Below the pieces are notes generated by a model. That model saw nothing but the letters and a program-made list of their open reading frames with translations, had not been told where the DNA came from and did no database searches. A stretch of DNA of 60,762 bases from a virus, in the IMG/VR virus record IMGVR_UViG_3300025151_000038, positions 1 through 60,762 of that record; one strand, written 5' to 3'. The position numbers and the translations under genes were made by a program. Of the stretch, positions 1-6,863 are shown one piece after another (within the stretch, counting starts at the first letter, position 1; every line of letters begins with the position of its first letter).

Positions 1-99
1 TAGTTCTACTTTTGTTTTCATTTTGTTTTCTTTGGTTTTGGTTTTGGTTTTGGTTTTGGTTTTGGTTTTGGTTTTGGTTTTGGTTTTGGTTTTGGTTTT
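1..99. repeat. Terminal overlap: bases 1-99 recur exactly at 60664-60762, so the contig closes on itself (unique length about 60,663 bp)
   Basis: Direct comparison of the first and last lines. They are identical through the lead-in tagttctacttttgttttcattttgttttcttt and 11 GGTTTT units. Confidence 0.9.
34..99 (-). repeat. (GGTTTT)11 hexanucleotide microsatellite, which is (AAAACC)11 on the transcribed minus strand. The same units appear again at 60697-60762 because of the overlap.
   Basis: Units counted at 34, 40 ... 94, followed by a degenerate tgggggtttta. The repeat lies between the stop of ORF 113..949 and the start of ORF 60139..60684 on the circle. Confidence 0.95.
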
Positions 100-112
100 T
101 GGGGGTTTTAGA

Positions 113-949
113 TTAGTAGCTGGACACTTCCAGCTTGGCTCCGTTTCGTGGTGAGTAGCCGTTGCCATCATCATCAATGTAGACATGCTCACCGTCACCG
201 CGCTTGGTCTCATCATCAGTGGGTGTATATCCCTTCAGCCCTCCGCCACCGAAGCAACCATCAGCATACCAGTTGTAGCCGTCATCCGTGTTCCAGTAAT
301 GGCTGTTATCCTGAATGACTCCAAGCATGGTCATCTGGTTAGTGTCCAGTGTGTTCTCTGCATGGAGGGTAGCTCTAGCATTATCAAACAGGGCGGTCTC
401 TTCAGTCATCTCAAAGACAACGGGGCGGGTGTAGCCACCCCTGACATCACAACCCTGGTGTATCTGCAACAGGACATACTCCACGTTGTCCTCTGATTGA
501 TACAGGTAGAACTGCAACACCTGCGACAGTAAGCACTCACCATTGTATGTATTGAATGAGGCTGGCTCAGAGGCATCACCATAGATACCGTGTGAGGCAG
601 CCACTTTATCCACATAATCATGAGCGATCTCCATCCATGACTTGTCTTCATGCTCCGGCTGATCTGCAAACTTGCAGAACTTCTCATCCTCCACCTCATC
701 ATAGTGCAGTCGATTACGGAGCCAGTGGAACACGTTGTGTGTTACCTCAATCTCCAATTCACCTCGGCAATCGCTGAACTCAACGATGCTTTCTTTCTGT
801 GCCATGAAATGCTCCACGGCAGTGAGACCAGATAGCTCTACAGCTTTCTGGTTGCGTGACCAATGCCTACCATAGGCATCGCCACTATCGCACAAGGCGC
901 GGCCTGTGCTGGTTGTCAGCATTTCTGCTAGTTTTTCTTCTGTTGTCAT
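113..949 (-). CDS. hypothetical protein, 278 aa
   Basis: Long ORF. AAAGGAAA-type ribosome-binding site (aaagaaaggaaatgatATG) lies upstream of the ATG at 949. No family recognised with confidence. Confidence 0.75.
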   Translation of the reverse strand: MTTEEKLAEMLTTSTGRALCDSGDAYGRHWSRNQKAVELSGLTAVEHFMAQKESIVEFSDCRGELEIEVTHNVFHWLRNRLHYDEVEDEKFCKFADQPEHEDKSWMEIAHDYVDKVAASHGIYGDASEPASFNTYNGECLLSQVLQFYLYQSEDNVEYVLLQIHQGCDVRGGYTRPVVFEMTEETALFDNARATLHAENTLDTNQMTMLGVIQDNSHYWNTDDGYNWYADGCFGGGGLKGYTPTDDETKRGDGEHVYIDDDGNGYSPRNGAKLEVSSY

Positions 950-976
950 ATCATTTCCTTTCTTTGTTTTGGTTTC

Positions 977-1312
977 TTATTCAAATGTGACTTTCTCTAC
1001 TTGCCTCACAACCCTATACAGGTTGGTCGCGTTGATGCGGTCAACCAACTCCTGAACAAACTCTTCCTTGGTCTGTTCTGGGTGTGACTTATGCACAGGC
1101 AGTTCAACCGGCAGGTTTGTTAATGCGAAGCGGGTGCCACTGCTAGACCACCCACTATATAGAACGTATTCAATATGCCCGTTGTTCAGGCTACATATCA
1201 ATGTTAGGCATTCGGATCGGTAGATAGATACTATTGGATCAACTTCCTCCCAACACTTGTCGTCATAGTTATACCTGTTCTTCCCTATTTGGAAGTGTGC
1301 TATTTTACTCAT
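977..1312 (-). CDS. hypothetical protein, 111 aa
   Basis: ORF in the tightly packed leftward operon. Its start overlaps the stop of the upstream ORF. Confidence 0.65.
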   Translation of the reverse strand: MSKIAHFQIGKNRYNYDDKCWEEVDPIVSIYRSECLTLICSLNNGHIEYVLYSGWSSSGTRFALTNLPVELPVHKSHPEQTKEEFVQELVDRINATNLYRVVRQVEKVTFE

Positions 1313-1433
1313 TGTTTTCTACTTGTATATTGAATGCGAAGTCCAGGTCGCCACTCTCTTCGGCGTTACTCAAGACATCTGTTATTGCTTTGGCCTCTTC
1401 ACCAGAGGACACATTTATGGTTATTATATGCAT
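1305..1433 (-). CDS. small acidic hypothetical protein, 42 aa from the internal ATG
   Basis: The ORF track gives 1305..1493. The ATG at 1433 is preceded by the conserved leader aaagaaaacaaaATG and avoids the overlap with ORF 1453..1746. Confidence 0.5.
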   Translation of the reverse strand: MHIITINVSSGEEAKAITDVLSNAEESGDLDFAFNIQVENNE

Positions 1434-1452
1434 TTTGTTTTCTTTTGCGGGT

Positions 1453-1746
1453 TCAATCTTTGGTCTTAGGTTGAATGCGAGTTCCCCAACCAATTAGTGG
1501 GACAAACTCGTAGGACTTGGGGATTACAGGGAGTGGAAGGTGTTCCGACTCATACAGTTCTCCTTCTATAATCTTGCCCCCATTCCAACGCACGGTGTGA
1601 CCATACTGAACATAGGCGGAGCCACTGGGGGCAATGATACCTTTTGGGGGTCGGTTTCCCCAATGGTCTTTCGGGGCATAGCGAGACATCTTCTCGCATT
1701 TCTTTTCATCCCAAGTCTCTTGGGGGTGGGTGTATATCTCTTTCAT
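1453..1746 (-). CDS. hypothetical protein, 97 aa
   Basis: ORF with the ctgaaaacaaaATG leader. It sits directly downstream of an intrinsic terminator. Confidence 0.65.
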   Translation of the reverse strand: MKEIYTHPQETWDEKKCEKMSRYAPKDHWGNRPPKGIIAPSGSAYVQYGHTVRWNGGKIIEGELYESEHLPLPVIPKSYEFVPLIGWGTRIQPKTKD

Positions 1747-1759
1747 TTTGTTTTCAGGT

Positions 1760-1799
1760 AAAAAGAAAGCCGCGCCCCCAAGAGTAGGAGGCGCGGCTT
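1760..1799 (-). terminator. Rho-independent terminator after ORF 1817..2944
   Basis: 10-bp GC-rich stem (aagccgcgcc 1767-1776 / ggcgcggctt 1790-1799) followed by TCTTTTT on the minus strand. Confidence 0.7.
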
Positions 1800-1816
1800 A
1801 TCTTTATTCAGTTATG

Positions 1817-2944
1817 TTAGGCGTTAAGCAGTTCACGCTTATCCGCCAGGATGAGTCCACCCTTACGAGCTTCCTCATTGAGGGTGTTATCATCCAGCAC
1901 CTTTGTCAGCCAGTGGGCAATGCTTGCTTTCTTGTCTGCTCCAGTCCCGAATTCCGCACTGGCAAACTTTGACCAGTTACGCTTAACGGTTCCGTTGTCC
2001 CGCCCAGTGCCATCACCAGCAGTATAATACTGGGTGACTGCATTGAACAGGTCATACAAGGTCTCGCCGTTATTGCCGATGCCTGTGGTGTGCAGGTCAG
2101 CGATGCTCACGATGGTGTTGAACGCTCTGGTGGACAGGTCACAATTAACCTCAACACCATTCCAAGCAGCAATCAACTGTTCCGCCTTCACCGCATCACA
2201 CTCAACTGAAGCGAAGCGTTGCAACAACTGCACGAAGATATCCCTGCCGGCATAGATGCTGGCAAGGGTCTCAGATGCATGTTCCAGTGCAAGCCCTGCA
2301 TTCTTCGTCTTGCGGATCTTGATGTTGATATCACCCTGATCCGAAAGGGAAGCGCGGAACGTGTTGGCACATACAATACGCATGTTGCTGTCATACATCA
2401 TGATAGAGTAAGATCCGTCATGACTCTGGATCACGTTCAAGTAGAACTTGAACACATCTCCGTTGATAAGGCGCTCCTCTTCACCATCAATAACGATGGT
2501 TGCAAAGAACAGCTTGCCATCTTTCAGCGTTCCCGCTGTCTGGATGTTGTAGCCCAGCCCCTCGTTGTCGAGGTGTCCGCAGACAGCCTCCATCAACCGG
2601 CCATTCTCAATGCTGCAATACCTGTTGGTAGGCACTGATAAGGCATATACCTGCCCGTCAAACTCACGGGTAAGTATCTTGTTGTTAGGTGCGGGGGCGA
2701 AGGTGGACATCAATTCGTCCACCTGTTGTGCCGTCAGGTAACCCCGTGTCCGGCACTCAGTTAACAACGTCTGCCTGTGTTGAGGCTGGAGGTCTGCAAA
2801 AGCCCCGCCTTCCTTGATGTGGAAGTAGAGGTTCTTGTGTTGCTCATCAATCGCCTTTGGGCTGATGAACTCCACGATCTTTTCCAAACCATGCCAGCAG
2901 GGTTCTTTGGCGAGGACGATGTCAGTTTCATTTATTTCGTGCAT
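1817..2944 (-). CDS. DUF932 / TIGR03299-like phage-plasmid protein, 375 aa
   Basis: The size, the N-terminal segment (..EPCWHGLE..) and the overall look match DUF932-family proteins as I remember them. Not verified by search. Confidence 0.6.
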   Translation of the reverse strand: MHEINETDIVLAKEPCWHGLEKIVEFISPKAIDEQHKNLYFHIKEGGAFADLQPQHRQTLLTECRTRGYLTAQQVDELMSTFAPAPNNKILTREFDGQVYALSVPTNRYCSIENGRLMEAVCGHLDNEGLGYNIQTAGTLKDGKLFFATIVIDGEEERLINGDVFKFYLNVIQSHDGSYSIMMYDSNMRIVCANTFRASLSDQGDINIKIRKTKNAGLALEHASETLASIYAGRDIFVQLLQRFASVECDAVKAEQLIAAWNGVEVNCDLSTRAFNTIVSIADLHTTGIGNNGETLYDLFNAVTQYYTAGDGTGRDNGTVKRNWSKFASAEFGTGADKKASIAHWLTKVLDDNTLNEEARKGGLILADKRELLNA

Positions 2945-3051
2945 TTTATCACTTTCTATTTACTTTGTTTTGTTTTTGGTTCTTCACCTGAGAAACCATA
3001 TCTCAGGTGAAATCTTTTAGTTTAGTTTTAATACTAAATCAAATTCTTTTC

Positions 3052-3759
3052 TTAGTTATCCTTTTTAAGGGGATCCAGATCAAACAGATCCGCGACCTCC
3101 CGTGAGAGGTAGGGGCTGATATACTCACTACCTTCATTCCCGTATCGGATGCCTACTGTAAGGTAGCTACTACTACCCCCGTAGATACGATAAGCATCCA
3201 GCTTATTACCTGTCTGCGTGTAATGCCTTGTCTTCTCTATGAGAGACTCTTCGGTAACCAAAAAGGCAGGGTCTAAGGGGCATGTTTCTGGGGTTAGGTG
3301 GTTGTTGCACCATAGGTCTCTATTACTCTGAGCCGTCAACGCCCGTATCAATTCCCCCAGGTCTATGGGGACTGCACCTGGGAAATGTTCTGTTGTCCAA
3401 TATGTTTTATTCATCATCTCATTCATGACTTCTCCTGCTGTTTCATCCTCCTGTTTTGGTAACCACTTCTCAATGTCCTTTTCAGTCATTACCCACTCTT
3501 CAGGAGCTAAACCCCACGTTTCCCGCATATCATTAATGACCCCGTGTATCTTGAACAATACCCAACTTAGCTGCGGACGCTTCACGCCCCTCTCAAGTAG
3601 CCAAGGAATGAACGTGTTGATGCAGCACCCGAATGTATTAGGCAAGAACCACTCATCAATAGTGTCGCGGTCTGGTCCTACCCATATCTTATCCCTGCCA
3701 TCGAAGCGGATGACGACATCGAAGTCCTCATATACTATGTGTTCTTTAAGTGTTTTCAT
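3052..3759 (-). CDS. hypothetical protein, 235 aa
   Basis: Long uninterrupted ORF in operon context. Confidence 0.7.
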   Translation of the reverse strand: MKTLKEHIVYEDFDVVIRFDGRDKIWVGPDRDTIDEWFLPNTFGCCINTFIPWLLERGVKRPQLSWVLFKIHGVINDMRETWGLAPEEWVMTEKDIEKWLPKQEDETAGEVMNEMMNKTYWTTEHFPGAVPIDLGELIRALTAQSNRDLWCNNHLTPETCPLDPAFLVTEESLIEKTRHYTQTGNKLDAYRIYGGSSSYLTVGIRYGNEGSEYISPYLSREVADLFDLDPLKKDN

Positions 3760-3768
3760 AAGTCATTC

Positions 3769-4086
3769 CTATTTAATGATAGCCCCTTCGATAGAGGCAG
3801 GGTCAGGTTGCACAACGTCAATGTCGCCGGCTTCTGTTTCCATAAGCTCAAGCCCTTTGACATTCAGGTATTCCTCGACGGGGACAGCTATTTCCCCCAT
3901 GCCCATACACTCATAGAAAGTTTGGGTCTTCCATAGCTGCATGGCATGACGCGCTGTATTAGGCCCGTTTCCAAGCCCGATTGTTATAAGCATAGGTTCG
4001 TACCCATCCCATTTGGAATTGGTACACATCATTACATATCTCCTGCTTGGAGATATCACTTCATCTTGTTTCATAATACAAAGCAC
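3769..4086 (-). CDS. hypothetical protein, up to 105 aa (start uncertain)
   Basis: ORF downstream of the 4143-4178 terminator. Several in-frame Met codons lie near the N-terminus. Confidence 0.55.
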   Translation of the reverse strand: MLCIMKQDEVISPSRRYVMMCTNSKWDGYEPMLITIGLGNGPNTARHAMQLWKTQTFYECMGMGEIAVPVEEYLNVKGLELMETEAGDIDVVQPDPASIEGAIIK

Positions 4087-4142
4087 CCCTGTTATAGGTT
4101 AAGGCAACAGGCGCAGGGCGCATGACGCATGTTGCAGGTTAC

Positions 4143-4178
4143 AAAAAAGCCCGCCGGTTTACATGAAACCGGCGGGCT
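4143..4178 (-). terminator. Strong Rho-independent terminator
   Basis: Perfect 13-bp stem (agcccgccggttt 4148-4160 / aaaccggcgggct 4166-4178) with a 5-nt loop, followed by TTTTTT on the minus strand. Confidence 0.85.
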
Positions 4179-4228
4179 ATACAGTTTACGTTTGGTTAGA
4201 TGCACAAGGTCGAACCTACAGGCAGGCT

Positions 4229-4284
4229 CTTAGCCTTTTTGGATCTTCTTAGCCTTTTTGGATCTTCTTAGCCTTTTTGGATCT
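4229..4284. repeat. Tandem 19-bp repeat cttagcctttttggatctt, about 2.9 copies
   Basis: Units at 4229, 4248 and 4267, read directly from the sequence. Confidence 0.95.
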
Positions 4285-4394
4285 ACCCCCTCGTATTCGG
4301 CAAGATACCACTCGATAAGACGTGCGGTACTCTCTTCTCTAGCCTTGGCATCAATCCGAGCCTTGGATTTGACATATAATTCCCATGGTAACAT
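4230..4394 (-). CDS. small ORF of 54 aa, below the ORF-track cutoff, with a basic C-terminus encoded by the 19-bp repeats
   Basis: gaaaggagttattgatATG ribosome-binding site. Translation is MLPWELYVKSKARIDAKAREESTARLIEWYLAEYEGVDPKRLRRSKKAKKIQKG. The three 19-bp units are read in three different frames. Confidence 0.4.
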   Translation of the reverse strand: MLPWELYVKSKARIDAKAREESTARLIEWYLAEYEGVDPKRLRRSKKAKKIQKG

Positions 4395-4402
4395 ATCAAT
4401 AA

Positions 4403-4445
4403 CTCCTTTCTATATTTAGGTTATACATTCCACGTTTACTTATCG
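4403..4445. repeat. Copy 1 of an exact 43-bp direct repeat (gene-junction cassette)
   Basis: ctcctttctatatttaggttatacattccacgtttacttatcg is identical to 4662-4704. Confidence 0.95.
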
Positions 4446-4651
4446 GCTTGCTTTGCAGTTGCAATTGCTCTTGAGGCTGTTTCGATGAACCTGTTAAGTT
4501 CTCTGAACTCAGATTCGCTGGAGCATATACTTTCCTCATTAACCATGAGGTGTATATCTACTCTATAAAGTAAGTCATCATCGTTATGGATAACTGCATG
4601 TGCTACTGCTTTTACAATCCCCGTCGTTGATGTGATTTCTTCTATATTCAT
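4436..4651 (-). CDS. hypothetical protein, 71 aa
   Basis: gaaaggaggtgagtaggtATG Shine-Dalgarno site. The last codons (..DK stop) lie inside repeat copy 1. Confidence 0.65.
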   Translation of the reverse strand: MNIEEITSTTGIVKAVAHAVIHNDDDLLYRVDIHLMVNEESICSSESEFRELNRFIETASRAIATAKQADK

Positions 4652-4661
4652 ACCTACTCAC

Positions 4662-4704
4662 CTCCTTTCTATATTTAGGTTATACATTCCACGTTTACTT
4701 ATCG
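4662..4704. repeat. Copy 2 of the exact 43-bp direct repeat
   Basis: Identical to 4403-4445. It again spans the last codons of one ORF, the spacer and the ribosome-binding site of the next ORF. Confidence 0.95.
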
Positions 4705-4916
4705 TTCTCGTTTTTCCCCAGATTGAGGAGGTCGAGTGCTTTCCAAGCCTCAGTGGGCTGGTGCGAGGGCTTATGCTTTGCCTCGTTTACTACCTTGGCA
4801 GTATTACCTGTGAAATCATACACAGGGCTGCCGGCTGTTGTCCCTACTCTGTAGGGGCTGTTGTTGTCTCTACTCATAAGATCAGTTTTGGTTGAGTTGT
4901 TTGGATGCTTCCACAT
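4695..4916 (-). CDS. hypothetical protein, 73 aa
   Basis: ORF ending ..DK stop inside repeat copy 2. Confidence 0.5.
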   Translation of the reverse strand: MWKHPNNSTKTDLMSRDNNSPYRVGTTAGSPVYDFTGNTAKVVNEAKHKPSHQPTEAWKALDLLNLGKNENDK

Positions 4917-5067
4917 CTATGAGAAAGCGACCCTTGCGGTGCTTCTCCGCGCCTTCAGGAGGTCGGCAGCCATTGGTGAATGGCGCTAGCCCACCTGATA
5001 GCTTGCGGGGCTTGTTCCGTTTCCAGCCCTGCTTGATTCGTGCATTAGGCTTGTGATATATGTACAT
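4882..5067 (-). CDS. small basic hypothetical protein, 61 aa from the internal ATG
   Basis: The ORF track gives 4882..5265. The ATG at 5067 has an aaacggaaaggaactATG ribosome-binding site. The longer N-terminal extension runs into low-complexity DNA. Confidence 0.4.
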   Translation of the reverse strand: MYIYHKPNARIKQGWKRNKPRKLSGGLAPFTNGCRPPEGAEKHRKGRFLIDVEASKQLNQN

Positions 5068-5280
5068 AGTTCCTTTCCGTTTAGGTTTACTTTCACCAGA
5101 TACGCCAGCTATCATATTGCTGGCGCATCTGTCGAAAGGCGGGTAGCTACTCATGTAACTACCCGCACTAACGAGTTGGTTTCCGTCCTGCTGCCATGCC
5201 TGGTTGCATTCCATTCCGCATCTATCTTTCGATAGCTGCCTTTTGTGCAATAGGTCATGACCCATGTGTTATGATGCCGG

Positions 5281-5369
5281 TTGCATTTTGCTTGTGCATG
5301 ATGCGTGTGCATGATGCAGGCTGCAGGATGCATTTTGCATGGTGCATGGTGCATGGTGCATGGTGCAGG
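5281..5369. repeat. TGCA(T)-rich low-complexity block with a tandem heptamer (tgcatgg x4 at 5336-5363 plus one partial unit)
   Basis: ttgcattttgc occurs twice, gtgcatgatgc occurs twice, and there are four perfect tgcatgg units. All read directly. Confidence 0.9.
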
Positions 5370-5653
5370 ACGTTCTGCGTTTATTCTTTTCGGATGCGTT
5401 ATCATAGGTCAAGCCTATGCGCCCCCTTGCCTAGTCACTGCTCTGTGACAAACTAGCCCCTTGGCACTAGCCCCCCATTGCACTATACAATGGAATTGCT
5501 AGCCCTAACCACGTCACAAGGGCGTAAGTCTTGCGCGATTTATTGACTGTTTTTTCGGCTATGTCTTAAGACGTTGGAAGACATATTGGTGCCTGAGATA
5601 TTCAGGTTCAGGATATTGGGCAACCCGCTTGCCATATGGCAAGCACTAAAGAT

Positions 5654-5903
5654 ACATCCAAGCCCTGCCGGAGCATTGCTTGGCTGTAGAGCTTTAGCCC
5701 TTGGATTGCATAGGGCTGGGATCATCCATTAAATGCCCTATGGGTAACGGCTTGTGAATAGGGACTTGCCCTGCCGGAGCATTGCAAGCCATTTAAAGCC
5801 CTTTCCGTGCCATCATGTAGGGCTTGCCCTGACAGATCATTGCAAGCCCTGTAATGGGATTTTCGCGACATCCAAGCCCTGACAGATCATTGCTTGGCTG
5901 TAG
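5654..5903. repeat. Four-member family of about 35-nt hairpin units: A1 5654-5689, B1 5758-5792, B2 5818-5851, A2 5868-5903
   Basis: Stems are ccaagc/gcttgg (A units) or (g)cttgc/gcaag(c) (B units). Each encloses a conserved 14-nt loop, cctgccggagcatt or cctgacagatcatt. Flanks are conserved within each type. Confidence 0.8.
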
Positions 5904-5910
5904 TCAATCA

Positions 5911-5980
5911 TTCACAGAATGAAGCCCTACCAGCACAATGGCTGATAGGGCTTGGATTCTGTGAACGCCTAGGCGTTCAC
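5911..5980 (-). terminator. Perfect 20-bp palindrome (5961-5980), a terminator candidate, overlapping the 3' arm of a long imperfect hairpin (5911-5965)
   Basis: gtgaacgcctaggcgttcac lies 10 nt after the stop of ORF 5991..6374. ttcacagaat (5911-5920) pairs with attctgtgaa (5956-5965), which shares gtgaa with the palindrome. There is no clear U-tract on the minus strand. Confidence 0.4.
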
Positions 5981-5990
5981 CCTTTAGTTT

Positions 5991-6374
5991 TTAGCTTTGA
6001 AGCTTGTTGAGCGTGTCAAGCTTCTCGACCATAAGCGGAATTGCAAGCTTGCCCGCCTGTTCAACTTTCACAGCATCGACGTATACAGCCTTGGCTTTCT
6101 TGCCATCCTCAAGGGAGCAAGTCCATTCAGATACAGGCTTGAATACCTTTTTACCGTGTGCCTCACGCCCACCGCTAGCGGTGAATGTCTCAGGCAATTT
6201 CTCAAGGTCTGTGATTTCAAGACGCTTGCACTCTTTCCATGCATTCATGGTTTTAGTTCTGCTGAAATCAGCAAACACCCTTTCAAGGTTGTCTACAATC
6301 AACGTTTTAGTTTCAACTGCATTTGCAGTTCCATCATTTTTGGCAGGTGTTTCCACCTTTTCTTTATTTGCCAT
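5991..6374 (-). CDS. hypothetical protein, first leftward gene, 127 aa from the ATG at 6374
   Basis: The ORF track gives 5991..6389. The predicted -10 box lies at 6381-6386, which favours the MANKEKVE start at 6374. Confidence 0.6.
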   Translation of the reverse strand: MANKEKVETPAKNDGTANAVETKTLIVDNLERVFADFSRTKTMNAWKECKRLEITDLEKLPETFTASGGREAHGKKVFKPVSEWTCSLEDGKKAKAVYVDAVKVEQAGKLAIPLMVEKLDTLNKLQS

Positions 6375-6380
6375 GCAATC

Positions 6381-6408
6381 ATTATACACCTTTTATTAAC
6401 TTAATCAA
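6381..6408 (-). promoter_or_regulatory. Sigma70-like promoter, leftward: TTGATT-16 nt-TATAAT
   Basis: The minus strand reads ttgatt aagttaataaaaggtg tataat gattgc ATG. The A of the ATG is 7 nt after the -10 box. Confidence 0.55.
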
Positions 6409-6595
6409 TACCTTGACCTTATTACAGGTAACAGAAAAGCAATCTATTTTCCTTTATTCTAAAGGCAACCTTGCGCCATTTACCATTGTTAATTAGTCAT
6501 AAGTCATTGACAATGAAGCAGTTAGCACGCCACCGGTCTCCGACCAATTTTTATATTAGCGGGTCAGCTATATATATGTGGGCGTGTGAAAAAAT

Positions 6596-6624
6596 TTGAC
6601 AAGACCTTTTTCAAGTTATTTACT
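6596..6624 (+). promoter_or_regulatory. Sigma70-like promoter, rightward: TTGACA-17 nt-TTTACT
   Basis: Consensus -35 box with a 4/6 match to the -10 consensus. The ATG of ORF 6630..6857 begins 6 nt after the -10 box. Confidence 0.35.
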
Positions 6625-6629
6625 CAATT

Positions 6630-6857
6630 ATGGATCCAGAAAAGAAGAAAAAATACTACCAAGAGAATAGAGAACAGCGGTTGGCATACCAAAAAGAATA
6701 CTACCGGAAAAACAAAAACCGGATCAAGCGGAAGAAGGAATTGAAGCAGGCAAATGACCCTTCCTGGATAGATAAACAAAGGGAATACAACAGGCAGTAT
6801 TACATCAAAAATAGGGAGCGGATTCAGCAGCAACGAGCCGAAAAAGCCGGCTTGTGA
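6630..6857 (+). CDS. small highly basic protein with three YYxxN(R/K) repeats, 75 aa
   Basis: KKYYQENREQ / EYYRKNKNR / QYYIKNRER repeats. It is the first rightward ORF. Confidence 0.6.
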   Translation: MDPEKKKKYYQENREQRLAYQKEYYRKNKNRIKRKKELKQANDPSWIDKQREYNRQYYIKNRERIQQQRAEKAGL

Positions 6858-6863
6858 GCGGGT

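Noticed and set aside
34-99. GGTTTT repeats as telomere-like ends or as a CRISPR-like array
   Set aside because: The array has no spacers and a 6-bp unit. It lies inside an operon on a circular map and is related to the shorter A/C-rich leaders of other genes. It is a plain microsatellite.
5151-5456. Overlapping ORFs of 84 aa (minus strand) and 86 aa (plus strand) across the TGCAT block
   Set aside because: They translate to His/Cys/Met/Ala repeats dictated by the tgcatgg heptamer, overlap each other on opposite strands and have no ribosome-binding sites.
6624-6833. A 69-aa minus-strand ORF antisense to the basic YYxxN-repeat gene
   Set aside because: It is a hydrophobic mirror image of a Lys/Arg/Glu-rich sense ORF. 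It lies upstream of, and on the wrong side of, the leftward promoter. The sense ORF fits the rightward promoter.
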